Numbered from the stretch's first letter, positions 9,791 to 19,456 are shown. The stretch is DNA of 64,000 nucleotides from an uncultured Methanosarcinales archaeon (GCA_964637115.1 CAZWVL010000001.1:91105-155104), one strand, 5' to 3'. Program-made: numbers and translations. The notes: a model not told the origin generated them from the letters alone.

Positions 9791-10636
9791 ATGCGCTACC
9801 TGTTATTGTTCATTCTTCTTGCATCAATTGTACAGGCACTCCCGCAGCCATCAGGCTGGGTGAATGACTATGCAAACATACTTTCTCTTGATGAAAAAAT
9901 GCAGTTAAATTCGCTCATTGACTCGATTGAGAAGAATACGACAGCAGAAATTGCAATCGTAACAGTGTTGAGCCTTGAAGGCAAGCCAGTAGAAGAAGTT
10001 GCGCTCAATTACATGTCAGAATGGGGTATTGGGAAAGAGAAAAATGACAATGGAATTGTAATCCTGGTATCGCCCACAGAACGCCTATATAGAATAGAGG
10101 TCGGCTATGGAGCAGAAGGCGTCATTACAGACGCGCGGGCAGGAAGAATAGGAAGAGAAATACTTGCGCTCTATTTCAAGGAAGGAAAGTACGGCGATGG
10201 ATTATACATTGCAGTGGAAGAGATAGGAGGATTATTGCGGCAGGATCCGAGCATAATGGCAGAATACACTCCGCGAAAGGAGTTTTTCAACATACTTGCG
10301 CCGTGGATATTTTTCCTTGGGTTTTTCATCACAATGGTCATCGCGCGTATCTCAGCACACCAGAAGAAAAAGCAATTCAGGACTTACTGCATATCTGAAG
10401 GAATATTTGTACTAATACTCATCATTATCGGCATCTGGGTGCCGCACATAGCGTTTATTCTTGCAGCGCCATTCTTTCTAATTATAGGACTTATCGCATA
10501 CGCTGCGGCAATAGCGCGCGGCAAACAATTCCACGGCTGGATACCGATTGGAGGGCATTTAGGAGGGCGCCCAGGAGGCTTTGGAGGATTTGGAGGAGGA
10601 ACAGGAGGAGGCGGCGGGGCGAGTGGAGGATGGTAG
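9791..10636 (+). CDS. TPM-domain (YgcG/TLP18.3-like) membrane protein
   Basis: Signal peptide, WVNDYANIL, EIAIVTV, WGIG...NDNGIVILV, RIEVGYGAEG, and a Gly-rich tail GGGTGGGGGASGGW. Confidence 0.92.
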   Translation: MRYLLLFILLASIVQALPQPSGWVNDYANILSLDEKMQLNSLIDSIEKNTTAEIAIVTVLSLEGKPVEEVALNYMSEWGIGKEKNDNGIVILVSPTERLYRIEVGYGAEGVITDARAGRIGREILALYFKEGKYGDGLYIAVEEIGGLLRQDPSIMAEYTPRKEFFNILAPWIFFLGFFITMVIARISAHQKKKQFRTYCISEGIFVLILIIIGIWVPHIAFILAAPFFLIIGLIAYAAAIARGKQFHGWIPIGGHLGGRPGGFGGFGGGTGGGGGASGGW

Positions 10637-10645
10637 CATTGTTAA

Positions 10646-12862
10646 GTGGTAACATCAGCAAGCTTTAAAAGGGCGACTTATTCTTTAGAATTTATGGGCG
10701 GCGATGAAATCATAGTCAAAACCTTGGAAGAACTTCTTCTTCAGCTCACTCCGGAAGAAAGAGCAAAGGCCCTGCCAGAACTCAGGAAACTTGTTGACAG
10801 AAGCATTGCGAAAGGAGAAACAGTGGTGCTTAAGGGCATAAGAACTGTTGATGTAAACTCAGAAAAAGAGAACCCTGCTGCCACCAATTATTACGTCATC
10901 AAGAGGGAAATAGGTAGAGGCGGAATGGGAATAGTTTACAAGGCTTATGATGCTGAACTCGAGCGCGAAGTTGCACTAAAAATTTTGAGAGGCAAAGACG
11001 AAGAAAGCATTAAACGTTTTGAAAAGGAGCGCAAGATAACTGCGCAACTCGACCACCCAAACTTTGCGCGCGTTCTAACGATCGGCGAAATGGACACGCC
11101 TGATGGAAAAATGCCTTTCTACACAATGCCTTATATCGTAGGAGACAATCTTGCAGACTTCATCAAGTGGCGCGGAGCGCCTGGAGATAAAGGACAAAAA
11201 TTGCGCAGCGAGTTCACGTTAGTTCGTTTGCTGGGAATGCAACAGCTGATTTGTCAGGCGATACAAAGCGCCCACGGCAAAGGCATAATGCACAGGGACC
11301 TAAAGCCAGCAAACATACTTGTTGGCCCATACGGCGAAGTTTATGTAGTTGATTTTGGCCTGACAAAAAGAATCAAGGAAGTCGAGAATGATTCACGGTC
11401 CTTGGAAGCAAAGGTTGGAAGGGAACTTAAAGACGAACAGGACCTCACAGGTGACGCTGGAATGGGAACCCAGAATTACATGTCTCCGGAGCAGATTCTG
11501 GAACCAAGAAAAGTAGACCATCGCGCAGACATTTTCGGACTTGGAGGAATACTATATTACATCTTGGCCGGAGAAATACCAAAATACATCGAGCCAAGCA
11601 AAAAAGAGGTTGAGGAATCTGGAGCAACTGGAGGATTTCTTTTGGCTCTATCTTCCTACAGAATCAGATTTACACTGGATAAATGCAAAATAATCCCTCC
11701 GAGTCAGGTTGTTGCAGAAAGACGCGAGAAACTGAAGGTAATCCAAGAAAGCGGTATTGGCGTCATAATGCCAGAACCGGTAGATCCGGCGCTTGAAGCA
11801 ATTTGCATGAAAGCACTGAGAAAAAATCCAGAAGAAAGATACCAATCCTGCAGGGAGATGTGGGAGGCGCTGCAACAATTCATCGAAGGCAAACCAGAAA
11901 TGATTCTTGAGAACGAAGCCAAAGAACTGACAAAGGTCATGTCCAAGCAAAACCTGGACAAAACACTTGAGAATCTGGAAATGGCAGAAGTAAAAGTCCA
12001 AGAAGCAATCAACAAGCTGGAAAGAATAAAACGTATGGCGCTGGAAGAAAAGCTGAAAATGATAGATCTGCAGATCCTAAAAGCACGAGTTTACGACCAG
12101 CGCGGACTAAGCGGCCTGATTGTCGAAACCATAGAAAAAGCAAAAACCCTGATAGAAGCGCCACTTAACATTACACAACGGCAATACATACGATTGCTGA
12201 TCATGGAAGGGCTCGCAAAATTCAACCAGAAAACCTATGATGAAGCAAAGGAAATACAATTGAAAGCCATAGAGTTGTGCAAATCGCACCCGGAGAAAAA
12301 ACTTTTGGTATCAGCGTACCACAATTACGCCATGGCGTGCCTGTATGATTTCAGCAGGAGACAGGATATGGCTGATTTCAACAATGCAAAGCATGCATTT
12401 GGTGAGTGTTACAAACTCGCAGACCAGCTTACAGATGTTTTTAATGCAGTACACGCACGAACTATGCTGGCCAATTTGCTTCTTGAAAAAAATGAATATC
12501 GGGAAGAAGTAAAGTCAACCTTGGAAACAGCCTTAAAGATTGCTGCGGGCGATAATTCGCTTACCGCAGAAGTTCATACGTTGCTGAGCTGGTATTATTT
12601 CAAACAAAACAGCTATCACGAAACGATAACACATGGCGAATTGGCAGTTTCCCTTGCTGATAAGACAGACAACCAGATAAACCTGAACGAATCACGGCTC
12701 GCACTCGGGCAGGCATACCATCACCTTGGCAATGCTGAGAAGCGCATCCAAAACTTGAAGCCGGTGCTATCCTTCAAGTATGCCCGCGAGCCCTTGTCGT
12801 ACGAAGATGCCATAAAGGAATTCTACGCGAAGAACAATTTGGATATAACGGAGCTTGATTAG
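10646..12862 (+). CDS. Hanks-type Ser/Thr protein kinase with C-terminal TPR-like repeats (start may be ATG 10694)
   Basis: IGRGGMGIVY, VALK, HRDLKPANIL, DFGL, GTQNYMSPEQ, ADIFGLG, RYQS; helical-repeat C-terminus; no TM segment. Confidence 0.93.
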   Translation: MVTSASFKRATYSLEFMGGDEIIVKTLEELLLQLTPEERAKALPELRKLVDRSIAKGETVVLKGIRTVDVNSEKENPAATNYYVIKREIGRGGMGIVYKAYDAELEREVALKILRGKDEESIKRFEKERKITAQLDHPNFARVLTIGEMDTPDGKMPFYTMPYIVGDNLADFIKWRGAPGDKGQKLRSEFTLVRLLGMQQLICQAIQSAHGKGIMHRDLKPANILVGPYGEVYVVDFGLTKRIKEVENDSRSLEAKVGRELKDEQDLTGDAGMGTQNYMSPEQILEPRKVDHRADIFGLGGILYYILAGEIPKYIEPSKKEVEESGATGGFLLALSSYRIRFTLDKCKIIPPSQVVAERREKLKVIQESGIGVIMPEPVDPALEAICMKALRKNPEERYQSCREMWEALQQFIEGKPEMILENEAKELTKVMSKQNLDKTLENLEMAEVKVQEAINKLERIKRMALEEKLKMIDLQILKARVYDQRGLSGLIVETIEKAKTLIEAPLNITQRQYIRLLIMEGLAKFNQKTYDEAKEIQLKAIELCKSHPEKKLLVSAYHNYAMACLYDFSRRQDMADFNNAKHAFGECYKLADQLTDVFNAVHARTMLANLLLEKNEYREEVKSTLETALKIAAGDNSLTAEVHTLLSWYYFKQNSYHETITHGELAVSLADKTDNQINLNESRLALGQAYHHLGNAEKRIQNLKPVLSFKYAREPLSYEDAIKEFYAKNNLDITELD

Positions 12863-12935
12863 TACATACAAAAGATTTATATAGGAGTAGGATACCTTTT
12901 TGTATACTAGTGTAGAGATAAAAGAGGTGCTTACT

Positions 12936-13490
12936 ATGAGAAAAGGAAGTGCATTGATTCTGACTATCGTTTTGGCGGTTGCCGTTGTCGGCCTGGCGTT
13001 TATTTTTGCAAATAAAATGGAAACGCCAACCGGGTATACTATAGGAGGCGGCGGCAGCATTCCAGCGCTCTATTTAGATCCGAACTTAAAGGCAGGCGGT
13101 GGACAAGCTATTGGTTACAACCCTTCTGCTCAGGGCGCACTTGCTAACGCCATAAAGCAGTGCTGCGAATTGCTCTGCATGCAAGTCCAGATACCCATGG
13201 GCAACTGCATTGGAAGTTGTATGAGTGTAAAAGCAGACTTTGACATGAACGGTGTTATCGACTGTGCAGAGGGAACTCCTGAGCCAACAGAAACGCCCGC
13301 ACCTACGGAAACGCCTACAACTGTTCCAACTCAGGTGCCAACGCCTACAACAGTTCCGACTCAAGTACCAACGCCTACAACAGTTCCGACTCCATGCGCT
13401 GGAGGATTCGAAAGTTGCAATGAGTTTGCGGATCCCCCGGTCCTGTGTTGCGCCGGCTTTACATGCATTGAAGGACAGTGCTTCACGTAA
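12936..13490 (+). CDS. Surface protein: class III-like signal peptide, Cys-rich/EF-hand-like module, Pro/Thr linker, Cys-rich tip
   Basis: MRKG followed by SALILTIVLAVAVV; DFDMNGVID loop; PT repeats; C-terminal CAGGFESCNEF...CCAGFTCIEGQC; SD gaggtg upstream. Confidence 0.75.
   Translation: MRKGSALILTIVLAVAVVGLAFIFANKMETPTGYTIGGGGSIPALYLDPNLKAGGGQAIGYNPSAQGALANAIKQCCELLCMQVQIPMGNCIGSCMSVKADFDMNGVIDCAEGTPEPTETPAPTETPTTVPTQVPTPTTVPTQVPTPTTVPTPCAGGFESCNEFADPPVLCCAGFTCIEGQCFT
13311..13392 (+). repeat. Coding 30-bp tandem repeat (about 2.7 copies; TPTTVPTQVP)
   Basis: acgcctacaa-c(t/a)gttcc(a/g)ac-tca(g/a)gt(g/a)cca units starting at 13311, 13341 and 13371. Confidence 0.9.
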
Positions 13491-13548
13491 GATTACATTA
13501 AGTCTTCGTGAGTTTTTTCTTTTTTCTTTCTTGTGGTCCAAAGATTTT

Positions 13549-14667
13549 TCAGTCCTTAAAATACAGAGTTAGATTTGCTTCCATATTGTATAATTTGTGC
13601 CTTGCGGCTGAAAAACAGACCTCTTTCTTTTCTTCTTCAAGCTGATCGCACACTGCTGCTGTTTTGTCTGAGGCGTATTTTCCCATGTACTGCATGGCTC
13701 CCTCGATGCACATGATTTGTTCTTCTTCAGAACCGTGCGAGCAAACTTTCTGAATGCTTATGGTATTTGAAGAAATAAAGCCAGAGTAAGCATTTCCAAT
13801 CCCATGAAAACAGCCATGCCTGAATTTCCCATTCAGCTGTTCGCATTCCTGGGCCAGAGCTTGGAGTACACCTTCCAAATCTTTACCTTGGAGATAGTAC
13901 CGTGTAGCCACAAGACCTACTTTGCCACGGGCGCATGCGGCAGGATGGTCAAAGGTATCGCACGGATAGAAAAGACTCTTTGTTTTCGCATCCTCTTTGT
14001 CATGCTCTACAGTATACTCCATATAGCCTCCACTTGCACAATAGTATTCCATTTTTTTGTCATCAAACTCAGCACATCCTTTAAGCGCTTCTGCAATGTC
14101 ATAACCCGATAAAAACATAATCGCATGACCAACTCCATGGGCGCATTCTCCAGGGCCATATGAAGTCGTCATTTCTGAATTATTAAAGCAGATTTCTTTC
14201 ATCAGCGGTTTTAGCTTATCTAAATCAATGTGGCCTTCTTCATCGGACTGTGCGCCTGTAAATGCTTCCATGAGAACGCCGTGCATGCATCCTGTAAGAC
14301 ATTTGTTGCTGCAAATACGCAGGCTTTGTTCGATGTTCTGTTTTTTTGCAAAAATTATCTTGCCAAGATCATGCGCTTCTATGTGGCATTTTGGCCAAAG
14401 CGTTTCGATTCCTGACAAAATACCATTCGCACCAATAACGTCGATGTATTCTTCGTACAATGAGCGCTGGTTTTTAGTCATATTTTTCAGCTTTTCCACA
14501 AACTCTGCCTGTTGCTTTTGCATCGTGCTTGGCTCAACGAAAAACGGCAGTTTATCGGTTTGCTCCAATAGCTGTGTGCTCTGATTTTCCAAAGCAATAC
14601 TGCCGGTTGGACTACGACAGGCGATAAGAAACAGAATAACAACCCACCCTTTGCACATGAAGCCCAT
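13549..14667 (-). CDS. Secreted or lipid-anchored Cys/His-rich helical repeat protein
   Basis: Lipobox-like LFLIAC; repeated C-x-H/x-G motifs (CHIEAHDLG, CMHGV, CAHGVGH, CASGGYME, CFHGIG, CIEGA). Confidence 0.75.
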   Translation of the reverse strand: MGFMCKGWVVILFLIACRSPTGSIALENQSTQLLEQTDKLPFFVEPSTMQKQQAEFVEKLKNMTKNQRSLYEEYIDVIGANGILSGIETLWPKCHIEAHDLGKIIFAKKQNIEQSLRICSNKCLTGCMHGVLMEAFTGAQSDEEGHIDLDKLKPLMKEICFNNSEMTTSYGPGECAHGVGHAIMFLSGYDIAEALKGCAEFDDKKMEYYCASGGYMEYTVEHDKEDAKTKSLFYPCDTFDHPAACARGKVGLVATRYYLQGKDLEGVLQALAQECEQLNGKFRHGCFHGIGNAYSGFISSNTISIQKVCSHGSEEEQIMCIEGAMQYMGKYASDKTAAVCDQLEEEKKEVCFSAARHKLYNMEANLTLYFKD

Positions 14668-14746
14668 TTGGATAGCTTTTGCTTGTTACCTTAAAAAATT
14701 TGCTTTAGGAGTAAGCTTTTTAAGCACGCGATACAGAACAGACGCT

Positions 14747-15319
14747 ATGGCATTCAAAATGAAAGCATGGATGTGGATTTTATTAATAATCATTATTCTC
14801 GGCATCTGGTTCTTTTCAAGCTACAACGGACTAGTAAAAAGAGAAATAGCAGTTGACAAAGCGTGGTCAGACATTGAAGTCCAGTATCAAAGAAGATTTG
14901 ACTTGATTCCTAATTTGGTTAATACAGTGAAAGGCTACGCAGGATTTGAAGAACGCGTTATTACTGCAGTTACTGAAGCACGAAGTAGATGGCAAGGAGC
15001 GGTATCTGCAGGCAATACCAATGAGGCAGTTGCAGCAGCAGGACAATTTGAAGGCGCATTATCAAGATTAATTGCAGTTGCAGAGAACTATCCAGACTTG
15101 AAAGCTTCACAAACATACCTTTCCTTAATGGATGAATTAGCCGGCACTGAAAATAGGGTGGCTGTAGCAAGAACAAGATACAATGAAGCATCAGCAGACT
15201 ACAACTATGCAATTAGAAGAATTCCAACAAGCATCGTTGCAGGTATGTTCGGCTTTGAAAAGAAAACACTATTTGAAGCAAAACAAGGCGCAGAAGAAGT
15301 GCCAGTAGTAAAAGTATAA
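14747..15319 (+). CDS. lemA: LemA family protein
   Basis: N-terminal TM, YNGLV, WSDIEVQYQRRFDLIPNLVNTVKGYA, AVAENYPDLKA, ENRVAVARTRYN. Confidence 0.95.
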   Translation: MAFKMKAWMWILLIIIILGIWFFSSYNGLVKREIAVDKAWSDIEVQYQRRFDLIPNLVNTVKGYAGFEERVITAVTEARSRWQGAVSAGNTNEAVAAAGQFEGALSRLIAVAENYPDLKASQTYLSLMDELAGTENRVAVARTRYNEASADYNYAIRRIPTSIVAGMFGFEKKTLFEAKQGAEEVPVVKV

Positions 15320-15344
15320 ATACGAGTTCTTTTTTGCTTCCAAT

Positions 15345-15866
15345 ATGAGTGAAAGACAAGGATTACTTCCGTGGCCAAGCGATGGCATTTGTGATAAAGT
15401 TTCTGCTGCAATGCCACATTCTGAGTACATCCGTGAACAGTTTATTTTCATGGCACAACACAATCGTGTCGTTGCAAGCGAATTGGAACTAACATCCCGC
15501 TTTTTCGAAGAATTCGGAGACTATTGTGGCGAGATGCACTTGTTTGCAGGCCTGCAAACGCACCTTATGCTATACCTTGCATCACAAGAAAACAAGCAAA
15601 AGCTTCCATTCGCAAACCGATCAATCGTTGAAGTTATTGAACACAGCCTTGAAGAAGCTGACGATTATGTCAAGGAAACGTTCGAACGCCTCAAAGAAGA
15701 CAACCCTCCTGTTCACGGCTATCTTCACGAGTTATGCAAGTCAAGAGATGCGATAAAAAACGGGCCGGCTGCCATGAAAGCAATCAAAAGCGGAGGAATA
15801 TTCGTTTATTCAATGCTTGAATTGCAGGCAGAAGCAGACAAGCTAGGAAAACAGTTAAAGCAGTAA
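15345..15866 (+). CDS. Hypothetical protein
   Basis: 173-aa ORF between lemA and the cupin gene; no motif recognised. Confidence 0.65.
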   Translation: MSERQGLLPWPSDGICDKVSAAMPHSEYIREQFIFMAQHNRVVASELELTSRFFEEFGDYCGEMHLFAGLQTHLMLYLASQENKQKLPFANRSIVEVIEHSLEEADDYVKETFERLKEDNPPVHGYLHELCKSRDAIKNGPAAMKAIKSGGIFVYSMLELQAEADKLGKQLKQ

Positions 15867-15898
15867 ATTTTATATCTTGCACACGCTTTCTAGCCTTC

Positions 15899-16231
15899 AT
15901 GAACGTCAGAGTATTAACCTGGAACAAACCGCGCGTGCCGACAGAAGAAGAACTGCGCGTGCAAATGGTAAAAGAAGGCATGAATCCGGTTGTTGAAGTC
16001 ATGGACAAAAATGAGTTTACGGAAGTCCACTCGCACAAAACAGACGAAACACGCATATTAGTCAAAGGAAGCGTAGAATTCTGCGCAGAAGGAAGAAGCT
16101 ATGTTTTGAAACCAGGAGACAGGATAGACTTGGAAGCAAATACGGCACATACAGCAAAGAATCTGGAAAGAGGGCAGTCAGTGATGCTTTGTTCTACCAA
16201 AGGAAAGACGGTTGCGATAGAAATTTACTGA
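15899..16231 (+). CDS. Cupin-domain protein
   Basis: HSHKTDE (motif 1) and LKPGDRIDLEANTAHTA (motif 2). Confidence 0.9.
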   Translation: MNVRVLTWNKPRVPTEEELRVQMVKEGMNPVVEVMDKNEFTEVHSHKTDETRILVKGSVEFCAEGRSYVLKPGDRIDLEANTAHTAKNLERGQSVMLCSTKGKTVAIEIY

Positions 16232-17337
16232 TACGTTTCTCTGAGCGCCTTTAAAACAAACTCATCGGGAACTTCGGTTGCATACCCTCCTTTAAAATCA
16301 CACATTTCCCCAATATGTTTTGCCAGCGCGTATCGAGCTTTTCCCTGACGCGCCTTTTTGTCAAGTATTGTTGCCTTTTTAAGTTCGTCAATAGAAATTT
16401 CTGAATGAATTGTTGTCGGCTGACCAAAACGCTTCAACAACACTTCCTCGCGTGCCAATTCTTCCAGCGAGAAAAAGCCCATTTCAATAGCCATCCTGCC
16501 CTCGGCCTGCAGTCCAATGGAAACCGCTTCACCGTGCATCAGATTTCCATATTTCCTTTGTTCCAGCACGTGCCCCACAGTGTGCCCATGATTCAGTATT
16601 TGTCGCAACGCCGTTTCTTCTGGATCAAGCTCGACAACTGTTCCCTTAATGATCGCATTCTCCTTTGCACAATAGATTAAAGTTTCACGATCTTTTGCAA
16701 GAATCTTGTCAACATTCTGTTCCAAAAAGCCAAAAAAGTCAGCACTCCTGATAACTCCGTGCTTAACCCATTCCGCAATACCTTCACGATAGGAGCGCTC
16801 AGGCAGTGTTTCAAGCGTTGCAACATCAACGTAAATTCTTTTCGGCTGCTGAATCTGGCCATACCTGTTTTTTGCCTTTTTCGAATTGACTCCGGTCTTG
16901 CCCCCAATGGCTGCATCAGCCTGCGCAGCAGTTGATGTTGGGAACAATACGCAAGGCACTCCACGCGCATATGTAGCTGCCAGAAAACCGCCTAGGTCAG
17001 TAACCACACCTCCACCAACGCAGCAAACAACAGAATCTCTTCCAAAGCCCTCAGCGTCCATCTGATCGCCGATAGTCTCGTATGTCGCCAGCTGCTTATT
17101 TTCTTCTCCTGCAGGAAAATCAAAAATGTGCGCTTTAATACCCTCATTTCTCAAAGCAGAAGCCAACTTCTCGGCATACGGCTTTACATTTGAATCGGTT
17201 ATGATAGCGTGCTTAAACCCATATTTCAGTTCTGCCAGCTCACGCGCGGCCCGCTCGAAAAGATTAACTCCAACAACAATGTCATAAGAATCCTTGCCCA
17301 GCTCCAGTCGCATGACGTCATCTTTGATTGTGACCAT
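16225..17337 (-). CDS. aroB: 3-dehydroquinate synthase (sugar-phosphate cyclase superfamily)
   Basis: GEENK, GGGVVTDLGGF, AQADAAIGGKTGVN, KN, AEWVKHG, LNHGHTVGH, HGEAV, DKK. Confidence 0.85.
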   Translation of the reverse strand: MVTIKDDVMRLELGKDSYDIVVGVNLFERAARELAELKYGFKHAIITDSNVKPYAEKLASALRNEGIKAHIFDFPAGEENKQLATYETIGDQMDAEGFGRDSVVCCVGGGVVTDLGGFLAATYARGVPCVLFPTSTAAQADAAIGGKTGVNSKKAKNRYGQIQQPKRIYVDVATLETLPERSYREGIAEWVKHGVIRSADFFGFLEQNVDKILAKDRETLIYCAKENAIIKGTVVELDPEETALRQILNHGHTVGHVLEQRKYGNLMHGEAVSIGLQAEGRMAIEMGFFSLEELAREEVLLKRFGQPTTIHSEISIDELKKATILDKKARQGKARYALAKHIGEMCDFKGGYATEVPDEFVLKALRETYQ

Positions 17338-17407
17338 TCTGCTGACGATTTGAGCAACATTTATAAACATTTATCGACTTCAACGTAATGATTAATGGGG
17401 TGAAAAT

Positions 17408-18001
17408 ATGATATACGAAGCAAAAAATTTTGACCATCTAATTGGAATTAAAGGTCTTTCTGACCAATTGATGAAAAACCATTTTACTTTGTATCAAGGG
17501 TACGTTACCAACACAAATAAGCTTGCAGATGCACTTTCTGCAATGGTTAAAGCAGGAAACGTTGCAACACCGGAATTTGCGGAATTAAAAAGAAGATTTG
17601 GATGGGAGTTTAATGGAATGCGGTTGCACGAATTGTTCTTCAGATGCCTTTCAAAAGAACCCAAAGCAATTTCAGAAGGCAACCTCAAGAAAGCGCTTGT
17701 GCGTGAATTCGGTTCAGCAGAAAACTGGGAAAAAGAAATGAAAGCGATTTGCACAATGCGCGGTATAGGTTGGGGCGTATTGTATTATGATATTTCAACA
17801 GGAAGATTGTTTAATTGCTGGATAAACGAACACGATGTCGGGCATTTGGCAAGCTGTGCGCCGATACTTGTTATCGATGTGTTTGAACACGCATTCATGA
17901 TAGACTACGGCCTAAAGCGAGCAGATTACGTGGAGGCAGTATTCAAGGATGTCAACTGGGCAGAAGTGGAAAAACTCTTTGCGTTAGTCGGCGGCAAATG
18001 A
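17408..18001 (+). CDS. sod: Fe/Mn superoxide dismutase
   Basis: Metal ligands in NHFTLYQGY, LHELFF and DVFEHAF; GIGWG. Confidence 0.92.
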   Translation: MIYEAKNFDHLIGIKGLSDQLMKNHFTLYQGYVTNTNKLADALSAMVKAGNVATPEFAELKRRFGWEFNGMRLHELFFRCLSKEPKAISEGNLKKALVREFGSAENWEKEMKAICTMRGIGWGVLYYDISTGRLFNCWINEHDVGHLASCAPILVIDVFEHAFMIDYGLKRADYVEAVFKDVNWAEVEKLFALVGGK

Positions 18002-18519
18002 GAATAGCTGTTGGCAGCAAGAATCCCGTAAAAATAGCGGCAGTAGCGAATGTTGTTAAGAAAATATGGCCGGATGCGGAAGTAATTGGAATTGAGGTTG
18101 ACCACGGCATGGGCATACAACCAAACTCAACAGAAGAAGGCATTTCCGGTGCTACAAAAAGAGCTGAACTGGCATTAAAAGAAGGAAATGCCGATATCGG
18201 ATTTGGGCTTGAAGGAAACACGCGTAATATTGAGTACGGCACGCTACTCGACGGCTGGGTGGTTGCAATCGGCAAACAAGGCAACAGGGGCATTGCCAAC
18301 TCGGGAAGTATTTTACTGCCGGAAAAAGTAGCGGCAGAAGTCAGAAAGGGAAAAGAACTCGGTCCGGTCATGGACGAACTTATTGGCGAACATAACACAA
18401 AACAAAAAGAGGGAACAGTGGGAATATTGACAAAAGGAATGTTAACACGCACACAAGCGTTTGAGAACGGAGTAACGTGCGCATTAGCGCCATTCCTTAG
18501 CCCACAATATTATCAATGA
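17998..18519 (+). CDS. yjjX: Inosine/xanthosine triphosphatase (YjjX family)
   Basis: VGSKNPVKIAAV, GLEG, GKELGPVMDEL, GTVGILT, TRTQAF. Confidence 0.9.
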   Translation: MRIAVGSKNPVKIAAVANVVKKIWPDAEVIGIEVDHGMGIQPNSTEEGISGATKRAELALKEGNADIGFGLEGNTRNIEYGTLLDGWVVAIGKQGNRGIANSGSILLPEKVAAEVRKGKELGPVMDELIGEHNTKQKEGTVGILTKGMLTRTQAFENGVTCALAPFLSPQYYQ

Positions 18520-19010
18520 AACATAATCAAAAGCGAAATATTCTTTTTATTATGATGATATTGTGCGCGCTACTTGTAGCAGTTGCACTTTATACTTATT
18601 TTGCTTACGAAAAAGTAACGGCTTTGAAAAATCTGGACGTAAAGCTTGTCAGCATCCGCGCAGAAGAATTCAAGATAAATAGGTTCACTCTTGTAATTGA
18701 CTTGGATATTTACAATCCAAACGAAAAAGAAGTTTCTGTAGGAGATTTCACGGCACAGGCATATTCCAATGACGTTCTGCTGGCAACAGTTGACTTGCCG
18801 GCATTCAAAATTCCTTCACAACGCTCACACCCAACAGAATACCATCTTGGCATAAATTATATCGATGTAGGCTTTGCTTTACTGCAGGCACTCAAAGAAA
18901 AAAAGGTAACATGGCAAGTCAATGGAACATATTTTATACAACTGCCGCTTGGCGTAGCGTATCCATACACTTTTGACATAAAACGAGAATGGAACCCAAG
19001 CTCTTCATAG
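18516..19010 (+). CDS. Membrane-anchored LEA-2/WHy domain protein
   Basis: N-terminal TM followed by LDIYNPN and a beta-rich Ig-like pattern. Confidence 0.75.
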   Translation: MKHNQKRNILFIMMILCALLVAVALYTYFAYEKVTALKNLDVKLVSIRAEEFKINRFTLVIDLDIYNPNEKEVSVGDFTAQAYSNDVLLATVDLPAFKIPSQRSHPTEYHLGINYIDVGFALLQALKEKKVTWQVNGTYFIQLPLGVAYPYTFDIKREWNPSSS

Positions 19011-19405
19011 CACCAAAAGCATTCATCGTGCACAACGGAAAAGTGCTCATTCTTCGCGAATCTCCAAAATATGGCGCTGGGACGAATATCGGCAGGTATG
19101 ATGTTGTTGGCGGCAGACTCAACCCTGGAGAAAAATGGGATGAAGGATTGTTGAGAGAAATCAAGGAAGAAACGGGATTATCTGTAAAGGTTGGAAAACC
19201 ATTTGCGGTAGGCGAATGGCGGCCTGTGGTTAAGGGTGAGCAGTGGCATATTGTTGGCGTGTTCTTTGAATGCCATACAGAATCGCCAAATGTAATTATG
19301 GACACGGAACACGATGAGCACCAGTGGATAAACCCAAAAGAATATCGGAAATACAACTTAATACCAAACTTGCACCCCATATTTGAGACTTTCTTACACA
19401 AATAG
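18989..19405 (+). CDS. NUDIX hydrolase
   Basis: Nudix box GGRLNPGEKWDEGLLREIKEETGL. Confidence 0.93.
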   Translation: MEPKLFIAPKAFIVHNGKVLILRESPKYGAGTNIGRYDVVGGRLNPGEKWDEGLLREIKEETGLSVKVGKPFAVGEWRPVVKGEQWHIVGVFFECHTESPNVIMDTEHDEHQWINPKEYRKYNLIPNLHPIFETFLHK

Positions 19406-19443
19406 CATCTTATTCTTCACTACTCTACAATACATATTTGTCA

Positions 19444-19456
19444 CAAAGTTTAAAAG
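19444..19456 (+). promoter_or_regulatory. Candidate archaeal BRE/TATA promoter of the wHTH-sigma operon
   Basis: caaagTTTAAAAg about 40 nt upstream of ATG 19492; similar elements precede many genes in the window. Confidence 0.5.

Noticed and set aside
13311-13392. Possible CRISPR array or VNTR
   Set aside because: Units are contiguous with no spacers and encode an in-frame Pro/Thr linker; no cas genes are in the window.
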